A DNA stretch of 64,000 nt, from the NCBI GenBank assembly GCA_964016885.1, contig OZ024742.1, forward strand, positions 202,802,001 to 202,866,000, in the 5' to 3' direction. A model generated the notes under the pieces. It ran no database searches, had not been told where the DNA came from, and saw only the letters and a program-made list of their open reading frames with translations. How positions within the stretch are numbered: the stretch's first letter is position 1; the number at the start of each line of letters is the position of its first letter. Made by a program: the position numbers and the translations under genes. This DNA is from Eledone cirrhosa (lineage: Eukaryota). Shown piece after piece: positions 11,301-22,320 of the stretch.

Positions 11301-11574
11301 CCTCCTTACGTTCAAGCATTTCTACAACCTCGTTAGCGCGACCCTTTAGGGTGCCTACATTTATGGTACCAACTCTGAAGTTTTGGATTGCGTTTGGGGG
11401 TTGGGGGCGGTGAGGGGCGGGGGGCGATGGGGTTATGTTAGCCGTCCGCGGTCGAAACAATGAGGAGTGCTCGCATTCTCGTCCAAGGGGTGAATTTGTC
11501 TTTATCTTTGGCATTGTCGCTGAGCGTCCAGATTTTTCTCTCTCACCTCCACTCTCCAGGATTCCGCAGTCCAT
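8344..11574 (-). CDS. RTE LINE ORF: APE endonuclease + reverse transcriptase with inserted PHD-type zinc finger (1076 aa, intact)
   Basis: APE motifs GTINV, CCIQETRW, SAYAPQ, AGDLNGH, VDYIL, SQHRL. RT motifs NYRGIKL, QFGF, VDLEKAFDRV, GVHQGSVLSP, LYADD, FRYLG. C-terminal GRPRKTW. Confidence 0.95.
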   Translation of the reverse strand: MDCGILESGGEREKSGRSATMPKIKTNSPLGRECEHSSLFRPRTANITPSPPAPHRPQPPNAIQNFRVGTINVGTLKGRANEVVEMLERKEVDVCCIQETRWRGGSARFIEGKKRCYKLFWVGNDDGLGGVGIMVAEKWADKIIDVNRVNDRIIKIRLVLNRTTVTVISAYAPQSGLPGTIKDRFYETLMLTTSQISDSDYIIIAGDLNGHVGQHCDGYDEIHGGYGFGTRNEEGSRILEFCDANNLTICNTNFKKRDNHLITYRSGEHTSQVDYILTRRRDRVSVVNTKSLPHEECTSQHRLIISDLIVRTRRTRQQKRTILRRKIWKLKDPTARNKFQSILLDAFDSKEEHLESDNIEGEWEFLKANLLLATDEVCGWSRPVGRRRVTWWWNSKVEGSIKAKKQAWKVWRDGGSREDYQVARREARRQVYLARREAEERKFKHVLQRDDQKREVFRIARQCVKENRDIVGEKCVLNDDGTLAITDADKKVAWKCHYERLLNEENNWEKGSLPHIDPIEGPAVLVEGSIISKAIKDMKTGKAAGPSEIVAEMLKASGTVGHTMVTRIVNQVVQNGVVPKDWHSSIIVNCYKGKGDALDRNNYRGIKLIDQVMKVTERVIAQLIRERIDLDEMQFGFVSGKSTTDALFIVRQLQEKYLAKGKPLYLAFVDLEKAFDRVPRSIIWWALRKLGVDEWLVRAIQAMYKETVSKVRINNEYSEEFSVKVGVHQGSVLSPLLFIIALQAITEEFKTGCPWELLYADDLTLIAESMAELEKKFQTWKHGLESKGLKINLAKTKVLVCRKENKAAVPSGKWSCSVCRKGVGRNSILCPKCKVWVHKRCSGITGKLTKNIDFTCGRCSGAISSSKCPQTTSSFNCAEGSIEIVDSFRYLGDKISSGGGCSESTVARVRTGWKKFRELIPLLAAKGFSLKMKGRLYDACIRTAMLHGSETWALCAEDIRRLERNEACMLRWMCNSNIRERQSINELRKKLEIRGIRCCLLERRLRWYGHVMRMKVDSCITKCRAIKIDGSHGIGRPRKTWDELINSDITHLHLSKTMSLDRDLWRYSVTEKTRLT

Positions 11575-11742
11575 CCATCCATCATATATCGTATATCGAA
11601 AGGCAACCAGGCAAGCGATAGTATAGGCCTCTGGTTTCTGATTGGTCCGCGTAATAATACTGGTGATGCGTGGGGGCTCTGTTTTATGATTGGTCCACGT
11701 AATAGCAATGGTGGTGGGTGGGAGGGAGGGAGGGGTGTTGGG

Positions 11743-12917
11743 TAGCTAGCAAGAAGGTAATGATTGAGTGGGGTCCATGCATTTAACAAGCGATTAACAA
11801 AAATACAAAATTTGTTCTGTTAAATACGTCCAAAAACCTACGTATTTAGCAATTAATAGAAACAGAAAATGTAGTTTGTTTTAGCGATAGATTGGCTATT
11901 TGGACTTGATACGAAATATGGATTGTTTTGAAAATACGCTAGGAGAGAGAGAGAGAGAGAGAGATGAAGTCTGTACATTACGTTTACATGAATATATCGT
12001 GGGACAGCAAGCAATGAAATGAAATTTGGCGAAGTGAATTCCTATCATATATTTATAGGGAGAGTGAGAGAGAGCGAGGGGAGGGGGCCACATGATGGCT
12101 GTGGGTGTTAGGCGTTTGACCGCCCCGTGCCTTCGAAGAAGGAAGAAGGAAAGGATTTTGCTTTTTTTGTTTTGAAGATACGCTAGAATTAGGGATTGGG
12201 GTTTGAAAATACGTTAGGAATTAAGGTTTGAAAATAGCTAGCAAGAAGGTAATGATTGAGTGGGGTCCATGCATTTAACAAGCGATTAACAAAAATACAA
12301 AATTTGTTCTGTTAAATACGTCCAAAAACCTACGTATTTAGCAATTAATAGAAACAGAAAATGTAGTTTGTTTTAGCGATAGATTGGCTATTTGGACTTG
12401 ATACGAAATATGGATTGTTTTGAAAATACGCTAGGAGAGAGAGAGAGAGATGAAGTCTGTACATTACGTTTACATGAATATATCGTGGGACAGCAAGCAA
12501 TGAAATGAAATTTGGCGAAGTGAATTCCTATCATATATTTATAGGGAGAGTGAGAGAGAGCGAGGGGAGGGGGCCACATGATGGCTGTGGGTGTTAGGCG
12601 TTTGATCGCCCCGTGCCTTCGAAGAAGGAAGAAGGAAAGGATTTTGCTTTTTTTGTTTTGAAGATACGCTAGAATTAGGGATTGGGGTTTGAAAATACGT
12701 TAGGAATTAAGGTTTGAAAATAGCTAGCAAGAAGGTAATGATTGAGTGGGGTCCATGCATTTAACAAGCGATTAACAAAAATACAAAATTTGTTCTGTTA
12801 AATACGTCCAAAAACCTACGTATTTAGCAATTAATAGAAACAGAAAATGTAGTTTGTTTTAGCGATAGATTGGCTATTTGGACTTGATACGAAATATGGA
12901 TTGTTTTGAAAATACGC

Positions 12918-12953
<36 letters not shown>

Positions 12954-13144
12954 AGTCTGTACATTACGTTTACATGAATATATCGTGGGACAGCAAGCAA
13001 TGAAATGAAATTTGGCGAAGTGAATTCCTATCATATATTTATAGGGAGAGTGAGAGAGAGCGAGGGGAGGGGGCCACATGATGGCTGTGGGTGTTAGGCG
13101 TTTGACCGCCCCGTGCCTTCGAAGAAGGAAGAAGGAAAGGATTT
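11743..13144 (-). repeat. ~490-bp tandem monomers (~2.9 units) forming the 5' end of RTE family A
   Basis: TAGCTAGCAAGAAGG at 11743, 12235 and 12721. Units differ mainly in (GA)n length. The start of the unit is also seen at the truncated 5' end of copy 2 (~42897-42950). Confidence 0.9.
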
Positions 13145-13186
13145 ATACATATATATATACATATATATATATATATACATATATAC

Positions 13187-13255
<69 letters not shown>

Positions 13256-13470
13256 TATTTTGTTCCTGAATTTGTTTAGCAAGATTCTTTATCTGAAAAC
13301 GTGTGTTGAAACCGATATTGTTATACTTTGGGAGGGTCATGTTGCCAATAAGAAACACACGTACCAGTTGCTTTCACCTCAATTTATTATAATAAACTTA
13401 TAAATTTAGGAATTCATAAATTTCCGGTTGGTTAGCTGGTTTCACACCCAGATGATTGTTTATATATATT

Positions 13471-13513
13471 GTCAAAGTTCTTTCGTCACACATTCTGTGA
13501 CCTCTTCAGTGAC
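13471..13513 (-). ncRNA. Minimal type I hammerhead motif in a TA-flanked insertion (~13260-13745)
   Basis: GUCA-CUGAAGA-G-GUCACA[GAAUG]UGUGAC-GAAA-GAAC-UU-UGAC. Confidence 0.65.
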
Positions 13514-13748
13514 TGGGGATTCTTTTCTTTGTTGTTGTGCCTCTCCTTTGTTCTGTCCTACGCCAACTTGTTTGTGTGTGTGTCAGACACACACACAAAG
13601 AAGATGAACCCAGCCACCTAGCTGCTTTCCACTGCTGATTGCACACTGAGCACATGCTTTTACGATTTGGCTTCTAACTAATTCACCAATCTCTCCTCTC
13701 CTATCTCCATCTCTCTCTTTAAGATTGGTTACCCTTGTACTGTGTGTG

Positions 13749-13791
<43 letters not shown>

Positions 13792-13855
13792 TATATACAT
13801 ATATAATATATATATATATATACATTTATACATATATATATACATATATACATAT

Positions 13856-13906
<51 letters not shown>

Positions 13907-14599
13907 CATATTGTGTGTATGTGTGCGTACATGAGATGTATACTGTGTAATAACTGTGAAGGCCAAATATCACAGTAGTACTATATGCACAATGAGATGT
14001 GGAGAAAATTCAATTAAAAGGTATAGTCCCAAGAAAGACAATATGTCTCATCTAGAAAGTAAACAAATCTTAAAGCCATGCTATCCAAAAACTTAAACAA
14101 ATGCAAATCATAATCCTACAATCAACTCTACCCACAAAACCATACCACTTCAGCCTTAAACTGATTTCAAACTTGTCCTTCAAAACAATATACCATCCCG
14201 CTCAGCCAAACAACAACCAAGCTGACCAATTACTGGTAAGGGGATGATGGATGTCATCAGGCTGCAGCTGCCATATTTCCTAGTTTCTATATTAATCTCT
14301 TTATATGATTCTGTTCCTGGTTTCATCCATTAGACTGAGGACATACTTGGGGCACCATTTTAAAGAGATTTTAATTGATCATATCAACCCCAATACTTTT
14401 TTTATCGTTGTTTTGTTTGCATAATACTGGTATAGACACTATGGATCACCTTCTTCCACTCAAACACACTACTCCATCCCCCCTTATATGAAAGATGTCA
14501 ACCGTGATGGTATTTCATCTCAGAGTACCCCAGCAGTGAACTAGATATATGATTTAACCAAATATTCTGAACTGGTGCCAACATTATCAACAGTACATA

Positions 14600-14850
14600 T
14601 CTGCTCTGTCATCATCATTATCCCCATCATCAACACCATTATCATCTTCAACATCATTAACATTATCATCACCACCAACACCACCACCACCACAATTATC
14701 ATCTATTATTATCACCATCAACATCATTAACACCTCCACCACAACCACTACTATCATCATCATCATCGCTGATAGTTTCAGAATCCTCATTAGCATTATC
14801 AACATCACTATAAGTGTACGTATTAACATCACCATCGTAATCAACAACTT
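14600..14850. repeat. (CAT/CAC)n low-complexity triplet repeat
   Basis: Degenerate ATC/ACC runs; also at 15262-15530, 19520-19700, 23790-24410 and 54540-54830. Confidence 0.9.
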
Positions 14851-15031
14851 ATTTTGCAGGGCTTCAAGGTTAGGGTGCTGGGATTATAATTATAAGGTTA
14901 TGAGTTTGATTCCCAGGCAAGGTAACATACTGTATGCTTAAGCAAGACTCTCTATTTCACATTGCTCCAATCCACTCAGCCAGTAAAAGATGTGTTGTGA
15001 CAGCACTGGTAGCAACATGTTTCACTATGAT

Positions 15032-15256
15032 AGGGTGGTAGATTGGCAGTATCGGTGGAGCGTTGGACAACATGCTTTATGGCATAGAGTTATGGCCCTT
15101 TACGATTTGAGTTCAAATCATGCCAAGGTTAGCTTTGCCTTTTATCTTTATGGGGTCAATAAAATAAAGTACCAGTAATGCACTAAGGTTGATTTAATTG
15201 ACTGTCCCCTCCCCCCAAAATTATTGGCCTTGTGCCTAAATCAGAAACCAATATTT
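15032..15256 (+). mobile_element. tRNA-derived SINE family 1 (MetaSINE-like central domain)
   Basis: A-box TGGCAGTATCGG, B-box GAGTTCAAATC, body GCCTTT(C/T)ATC..GGGGTC(G/A)ATAAAATAAAGTACC, tail GGCCTTGTGCC..AGAAAC. Family assignment is from recalled consensus. Confidence 0.8.
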
Positions 15257-16939
15257 TTCGCTATCATAACCATCACAATTACCACCATCATCAAAATAAC
15301 CACCACCATCATTATCACTGCCATCGCCCACCACCACCGCCACCACCATCAATATCACTGCCATCGCCACCACCATCATCATCAATATCACTGCCATCAT
15401 CACCACCATCACCACCACCACCAATATCATTGCCATCACCACCATCATCATTATCACTGCCACCACCACCACCATCATCACTGTGACATTAACCATTATC
15501 ATAATCGCTGCCACCTCCATCATCCAACAATAACATAGAAAGACATCTCTCAACACTTACCATTTGGAGCCAAACATTGGTTTTCATTACTTGGTTCTTC
15601 TCATCCTATAAAAGAAAAGAAAAAAATATACATTTTAATAAGTTGCATATATATGATGTAGTAAAGATGCATAGCTTAGGGGTTAGAGTGTCAGGCTTAC
15701 AATCATGACGTTGTGAGTTTGATTTCTGGACTGGGCTGTGAGTTCTGTTCTTTAGCAAGACACTGAACTTCACATTGCTCCAGTTCATTCAGCTGTAGAA
15801 ATGAGTTACATCATCACTGTAAAAGGTGCACTGTAGTAGATGTATCTGTAGAAGGTGGAGCCACTTGTACATTAATTTTATAAGCTATACCATTGATTGA
15901 GTCAACAAGCACACTCATTGCTAAAAACAACTGAGGTCCACCGAAAACAACATGTATGTTTACATTTACTGTCTGTTTAAGCACTGTAACTTATAGGTTC
16001 AACAAACAGAGATTGATAAAATAAATACCAGATTTAAATCTTTATTAACTTAAAGGAATAAAAGAGTACACAATGAACATTCAACCATAATAATATGCCA
16101 TGTACATTTGTATATTTATTTATATAGATCTATCAATAACTCTTTAACATTTACACAAATATACACACACCTATACAGTTATGTTACAATAAGAAGTTAG
16201 CTTTCAATGTCCTGCATTCTAAGATAAATGAGATATCACAAGGCAACGCAAAAAGTATAAACTTCAATGTCATTATTTACATACATATGAATATAAATAT
16301 ACATACACAAAAGTAAATCATAATCAAGATTAAAGCATATATACTCAAACATATATGTACAAATAAGATCAAATACGTAAACAGAGATTTGCACATTATT
16401 TAACAAAACTAAGGCCTACCAAATTAGTGTCATCACTTAAAGTGTCTATCCTTTTGGCTAATGCAAGGAAAGGAAATAAAGAAAGAAAGCAAGAAACACA
16501 ATGACCTTAGCCATCTCCTAACATGTAGCCCTGTCACTAACTTCACTCATGGTATTTCAGCCAAATATCAGCCAAAATCAGAAGGAGGAATCCCTATAGA
16601 ATTTATTACTTCAAAATAAAAATGCTAAATTTTCCCTAAATAGTTCAAATATTAACTAAATATCATCAGCAGGAATCTCCCTTTGATTTACTCCATCAAT
16701 GCAAACGAGCTACATTTTTACAAACTCAAAGTAAACCAAATTATACACTCCTTTATATTTACTACTTCAAGGCAAATATACTAAATTTTCTTAGACAACA
16801 TTGTAAATAAAATTAATTTCTTAGCCATGTGCTTTCCAATTGCAAAGTTGAATCAACCAACTCTTGACTCCAAAAATTAAATATGTTTGACTATTAAAAT
16901 AGTTACAATGTATCAGTAATCAACATAAACCATAGGATT

Positions 16940-17270
16940 TCATCATCATCATCATTTAACATCTATCTTCCAAGCTAGCATAGGTTAGGCAGGAATTGTC
17001 CTACTTGAGGCAAGATTGATCAGGTGACCGTGTCTCGCTCGTATAGGACTGTATCTGGCAGGTTTTCTACAGCTGGATTCGTTTCCTAACACCAACCACA
17101 TTTACAGTATAGACTGGGAGCCTTTTTACCGTGTCTGCTACATGACCACTTTACAGCATGGACTGGGTGCTTTTTGCTGTGACACCTACGTCACCTCTTT
17201 AGTGTGGACTAGATATTCTGTGGTACCACCATAACTTTACAGAGAAAGGGTGGTGTTGGTGGGAGGTCTC
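16940..17270 (-). mobile_element. Older RTE-type 3' UTR / bipartite SINE copy
   Basis: Diverged match to 7946-8270 with (GAT)n tail. Similar copies at ~24765-25000(-), 31236-31407(+), 32628-32840(-), 38811-39090(-) and 63088-63243(+). Confidence 0.75.
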
Positions 17271-17410
17271 TTAGGGAAAGCATTAATTTATCAAAATGCT
17301 AATTTTCCAGTTTGTATGATTGTTTATATATTTGATAATCCTCATATACATGGCATACCAAACATGGACTCCAACAATTAAATATGTTCAACTCTATTGC
17401 TATAATAGAA

Positions 17411-17549
17411 CAGTGGATTGGCAGTATAGGTAGAGCGTCGGACAACATGCTTTGCGATATGTAATTATGTCCCTTTACGTTCTGAGTTCAAATCCCGCCA
17501 AGGTTAACTTTGCTTTTCATCCTTATGGGGGGGTCAATAAAATAAAGTA
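17411..17549 (+). mobile_element. SINE family 1, 3'-truncated
   Basis: Same A/B boxes and central domain as 21037-21226. Confidence 0.8.
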
Positions 17550-18178
17550 CATAACGAGTAGAAACATCCTTCTTATCTTAAATCACTTCCATACGTCAGT
17601 AATATAGATAAACTATAGGATTTCTCTTATGCAAAACCATAATCAAATTTATATATATTGTATTTATTTTTAAAATTAACGGCTTTTTATATTCTCCATT
17701 GAGACTTACAACAATCAATAGCCTATACCATCACAATTTCAATGATTCCCTCTCCATACACATGCATGTATCTGTGTGTATATCATCACTCATACACTGT
17801 TCACTTTCCTGACATTTGTACATTTTATAGGTACTATACATACACCTTTGATGAGTTGTAGTGCACCTGAGCACTGTACACAATAATTTCATGAGGTCGA
17901 TAAAATAAAGCCCCAATAATGGACTGGGATATTTGCTGGCCTTGTGTCAAAAGTAGAAACATTATTATACAAGCACAGATAGTGTGGGGAAACGCTCTCT
18001 CTGGTGTGCAGAATTCCAGATACAAGCTGCTTCATGATCCCAGTGAACAGAATGGAGGTAGCATTATCCCGAGGGATAGGGAGGGAGATGTTTTTAAATA
18101 GCCATTCCAACTTGTGGGGCTCACTCATGCCATGTCTGGCTGATACTTCAACAGTTTGTATGATTAATCATATATGTG

Positions 18179-18515
18179 AAGGAGCATAACTTAGTGGTTA
18201 GAGCATTGGGCTTGCAATCAAAAGGATGTGAGTTCGATTCTCGGACCAGGTGATGCATTATGTCCTTGAGAAAGACACTTTATTTCACATTGATTCAGTT
18301 TACTCAGCTGTAGAAATGAGTTGCGACGACACTGGTGCCAAGCCGTATCATCCATAGCCTTTCCGTTAGACAACATCAGTGGTGTGGAGAGGGCAGGCTG
18401 GTATGCATGGGCGACTGCTGGTCTTCCTCAAACAACCTTGCCCAGGCTTGTGCCTAAAAGGGAAACTTTCTAGGTGCAGATGTCATGGTCATTCGTGACT
18501 GAAGGGAGTCTCCAG
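18179..18515 (+). mobile_element. tRNA-derived SINE family 2 (CORE-like domain)
   Basis: A-box TAACTTAGTGG, B-box GAGTTCGATTC, then TGTCCTTGAG(C)AAGACACTTTATTTCACATTG. Other heads at ~14857-15030 and 15665-15820. Confidence 0.75.
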
Positions 18516-18617
18516 TAACCCTGGTATATACAGCATACTAATAGTAGACTCCATCATTATTAACTGTGGCACACCTATACACTTGTAAAAGAATACAAGA
18601 AGACATAGATATATATA

Positions 18618-19273
18618 TCTATATATCTAAAACAGAGAATGTCTGTCTGTCTGTCAGCTCACTGAAACTCAAGAACCACCCAACCGATTGTTTTCAAACT
18701 TTACGCATGTAATACTTATGGTCCTGTGAGTGTTTTGAGCAAATTTCGTATTTTCAATGCCCTAGGGACCACATTAGGCGATTTAGCAATCTCTCTCTAT
18801 AATTCTTAGTCTTTCTTTTTAGATAGATACATAGATATAACGTTGCGCCCTTATAATATCTGTCGGTATGCCTGGCTGTCTCCATTACGTCATTATGACA
18901 CGATCAGTGTGTGTGTGTATGTATATATTCTTATACCAGGGAATGTCTTCACGAACTAAAGTATCGTCTTCCTGTTTTCCTTCGGTTGCAACGTTTTTCG
19001 AAATATTTACTTCTGCGTTCACAGATTGATTTTTTAGTTTCAGAAGATCCTGTTAAGGGTGAAAACAACCATTCTTTGCTTAAACTTTAATTTGTTATTT
19101 TAATATATATATATATATATATAATTATATATTCGTGTACAGATATTTTTGCATACACAATAACAAAATATAAACAAACATATTTATTTCACGAGGCTCG
19201 ATAAGGATAAATATATATCAAATATATAAGAACCCTAGAGCAAATCTCGAGCAACACCGGGCCATTCTGCTAG
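18618..19273 (+). mobile_element. Non-autonomous Helitron
   Basis: Starts A|TCTATATATCTAAAA followed by (TGTC)n. Ends with the subterminal hairpin CTCGAGCAACACCGGG and CTAG|T. Inserted between A and T with no TSD. Confidence 0.75.
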
Positions 19274-20127
19274 TAATATACTATAAATTACATCATGGCT
19301 TCACTCACACACAAAACACATACAAACACACCTCAACACATACCCCTCAAAATACATACATATATGTATACATGTATACAAATATCAACACATACACAAA
19401 TATATACATGTAAACAAACATACACAAACATGTATATATATATACACATGCACATATATATACAGACACAAATGACAGCTGGGATAACAAAAAGGACTAG
19501 ACAACTTATTTAATTACACACCTACTACTGCAACACCTACTACCTCCACCAATAGCACAACCACTCTCACTACTAGCACCATCACCACAACTACTACTAC
19601 TAATCCCCCCACCACCACCCATACTTCTAAATACTACTACTACTGCTATCACCACTACTATCAACCTCCCTCACTACCTTCCACCCCCACATCCCAATCC
19701 AATCTCTCTTCCACTGCTAATAGTATTACATCTGTTGTTGCTGCTGTTGCTGCCACTGCTACAGCTGGGCCTGCCAACTTCTAGTATGTTCTGCTGGTAC
19801 AGCAATCAGCTATAGTGAAATTGTTTCTCACACACACACACACCCCTTCCTTCAAGCCTCACTCCTGCCTCACTCACACCCTCTGCTTCACTTACTCTGT
19901 CTCAGTCTCTCCCTCTCACCTTCACTCACTTCCTTTAACTCACTCACTGTTTCTCGCTCTCTCTTACACTCACTGCTTCTCTCACCTCTTCTCTTCTCTT
20001 TCTCTCAGTCACTCAGACTTGCTCATCTTTTACTAAGCTTAAAAGAACCAGAGATAGATATTAAAGATATTCATGCTGGTACTTGGGCCACAGATAACCC
20101 TTACAAACACCAAAGTTGGGCCTTTAA

Positions 20128-20332
20128 CCCTTTAGCATTTGTATTACTCTACATTTTCTCTTATGTGGAAAAGGTTTTATCTTACATAATTATCTCACAT
20201 AATATCGAATCTATGAAATTTTGATATTATTTATTTTGAGAACTATACCTAAACATCAGTATGAGTGGCTGGTTTGAACAGAAAGAGGTGAGAAAATTCT
20301 GGCCAGATATGGGCAGTTTAAATGCTAAAGGG
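20128..20332. mobile_element. piggyBac-like MITE
   Basis: TTAA|CCCTTTAGCATTT ... AAATGCTAAAGGG|TTAA (13-bp TIR, TTAA TSD). Related copies at ~26421-26614 (opposite orientation) and ~21000-21594 (interrupted). Confidence 0.75.
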
Positions 20333-20539
20333 TTAAAATAAAAACAAGCTGGTACTTAAAAGGACCACAGAAAATTCACATAAGCAAGAATGCTTGAATT
20401 TAAGAGCACCAGAGTTTGTCCTTAAAATCTCATGAACTTGTATTTAAAAACACCATAGAATACCCTTATAAGCACCAAAGTCCACAGTAGGTAAAAATTC
20501 TATACTATGCTCCAAATATGGGTACCCAAGAGATGTAGC

Positions 20540-20998
20540 AGGATCTCAGACAGGCTAGCAAAAACATAGGTTTTATATGTGGCCAATGCACATGAGTAAT
20601 AAACAGCAAGGGCTTATAGAAAACAAAATCTATCAAATACTCAGAGGGCTCCGTAGAAATAGTTGACAGCTTCTGTTACCTGGATCACCTAATTAGCAAT
20701 GGATATGGTTATTGTGACAGTACAGAAGCCAGAGTGAGATGATGGAAAAAGTTCAGGCAGCTACTACAAAAGCTTATTTTCCCTCAAAATGAAAGGCAGA
20801 TTGTATGATGCATATGTATGAACAGCAATGATGCATGGAAGTGAGATCTGGCTTATTGGAAAGAAATGAAACATATATGCTCCAATGGATGTGTACTAGT
20901 AATATACATGAATGGTGAACTGAGAGAGTAACTGGGCATAAGGGGGATCAGATGCAGAGAGCAGAGAGGAGATTGTGGTGGTATGGACATGTGATGTC
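20540..20998 (+). pseudogene. Decayed RTE (family A-like) ORF C-terminal fragment
   Basis: Remnants of EGSVEIVDSFCYL, WKKFRQLL, KMKGRLYDA, MHGSE and WYGHVM, with stops and frameshifts. Confidence 0.75.
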
Positions 20999-21036
20999 CA
21001 TAATATCATAGCTCTCATAGATTTGATATTATTATT

Positions 21037-21226
21037 CGGTGGATTGGCAGTATCGGTAGAGGGTTGGACGCCATGCTTTCCAGCATAGTTATGTCCCTTT
21101 ACGATCTGAGTTCAAATCCCGCCGAGGTTGACTTTGCCTTTCATCCTTACGGGGTCGATAAAATAAAGTACCAGTAATGCACTGGGTATTTGCTGGCCTT
21201 GTGCCTAAAGTAGAAACAATTATTAT
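21037..21226 (+). mobile_element. SINE family 1, full-length
   Basis: GGTGGATTGGCAGTATCGG...GAGTTCAAATCCCGCC...CCTTTCATCCTTACGGGGTCGATAAAATAAAGTACC...AGTAGAAACAATT. Confidence 0.85.
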
Positions 21227-21278
21227 GTGAAATAATTATGTGAGGTAAAGCCTTTACCATGAAAATATAATAGTAAAT

Positions 21279-21558
21279 TTTTTTTTTCTCTCTTAAGCCA
21301 GAAGGCTCATTTAGCAGTGATTATCCTGGTTTCATGTCGTGAAGCGACTGAGAGTACAAGACTTCCCCCTGGGCAAGACGCCAGTCCATTGCAGGGTTAA
21401 ACGTCCAGCTATTGCTGGTACTCATTTTCAGCTGAGTATACTGGTGCAACGTGAAATGAAGTGTTTTGCTCAAGAACACAACATGCAACCCAGGAATCGA
21501 GCCTACGACATTATGATCGTAAGTCCAACACCCTTACCACCAGGCCACGTGCCTCCAC
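21279..21558 (-). mobile_element. tRNA/CORE-like SINE with V-SINE-like 3' part and A tail
   Basis: Head GAGGCACGTGGCCTGGTGG...GGCTCGATTCC, then TGTTCTTGAGCAAAACACTT, then AACCCTGCAATGGACTGGCG. TSD AATAGTAAAT on both sides. Confidence 0.7.
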
Positions 21559-21978
21559 AATAGTAAATATAGAGTAATGTAAATGCTAAAGGGTTAAACA
21601 GTGATGATACATTTTATATTTATTAACAGTTTGACTTATTTATGCATTACCAATGGTTTCATATAGGTGGTACTCTTAAATAAGGACATCTGAACTATAT
21701 AAAACTGCTATCATAAATACTTTCAACACCCACATTCTGTGTTGATTGCTCCTTTTTTTTCATTTGTACTAACACACACACACATATATATATACACAGT
21801 TCAAGAGTAACCTACGTTACTCATAGGCAGATCTCACAAAATGCAGCCTCGACAGAAGAATACTGCTCAACTATGGCAGACAATTGATATACCCAGGACA
21901 CCATAGTGAAATACCAACATATGGAACATTACATTTATGTAACATTCTTTCCTTATTTTAATTTATATTCCTTTTGAA

Positions 21979-22097
21979 GTTCCGATGAGCTGCTCTATCT
22001 TTACCTATGTTAATTATTTTCAACTGAACCAGATCAATAATGATATATAATCATTTGATCCAGAAATATTATATGGAGTAGCGAAACAATTGTAAAT
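21979..22097 (+). ncRNA. Decayed type I hammerhead with long stem II insertion
   Basis: GUU-CCGAUGA-GCUGCUCUAU...AUGGAGUAGC-GAAA-CAAUUG-UA-AAU: 10-bp stem II, palindromic stem III, U4>C core change. Confidence 0.55.
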
Positions 22098-22123
22098 GGA
22101 CATTATTATTATTGGTATTATTA

Positions 22124-22320
22124 AGGGCGGTGAATTGGCAGTATCAGTAGAGGGTCTGATGCCATGCTTTGCAGCAAAGAGTTAAGGCCCTTTATGGTTT
22201 GAGTTCAAATCCCGCCGAGGTTAACTTTGACTTTCATCCTTACGGGATCGATAAAATAAAGTACCAGTAATGTATTGGGTATTTGCTGGCCTTGTGCCAA
22301 AAGTAGAAACAATTATTATT
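22124..22320 (+). mobile_element. SINE family 1, full-length
   Basis: As 21037-21226, with ATTATTATT-like flanks. Confidence 0.85.

Larger units (their letters stand above)
7946..13144 (-). mobile_element. RTE-clade LINE family A, full-length copy 1
   Basis: Single APE-RT ORF, ~400-bp 3' UTR, (GAT)n tail at 7946-7966, tandem monomer 5' UTR, (TA)n on both sides. Confidence 0.93.

Noticed and set aside
8534-11349. Plus-strand ORFs overlapping the LINE ORFs (likewise 39583-46209 and 50998-54069)
   Set aside because: Antisense shadows of the RTE coding sequence.
12090-12140. Possible HDV-like ribozyme in the RTE-A 5' monomer
   Set aside because: GC-rich, but I could not build the nested double pseudoknot by eye; needs a descriptor search.
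11896-13079. Repeated 63-82 aa ORFs MWPPPLALS...
   Set aside because: Products of the 5' monomer repeat; the frame varies with (GA)n length.
15032-15130. tRNA gene candidates (A/B boxes) at SINE heads
   Set aside because: No cloverleaf, and they continue into SINE bodies; these are tRNA-derived SINEs.
15224-15556. His-rich / Pro-rich ORFs (also Val/Met-rich 23776-24411)
   Set aside because: Triplet microsatellites open in several frames, with no splice or codon evidence.
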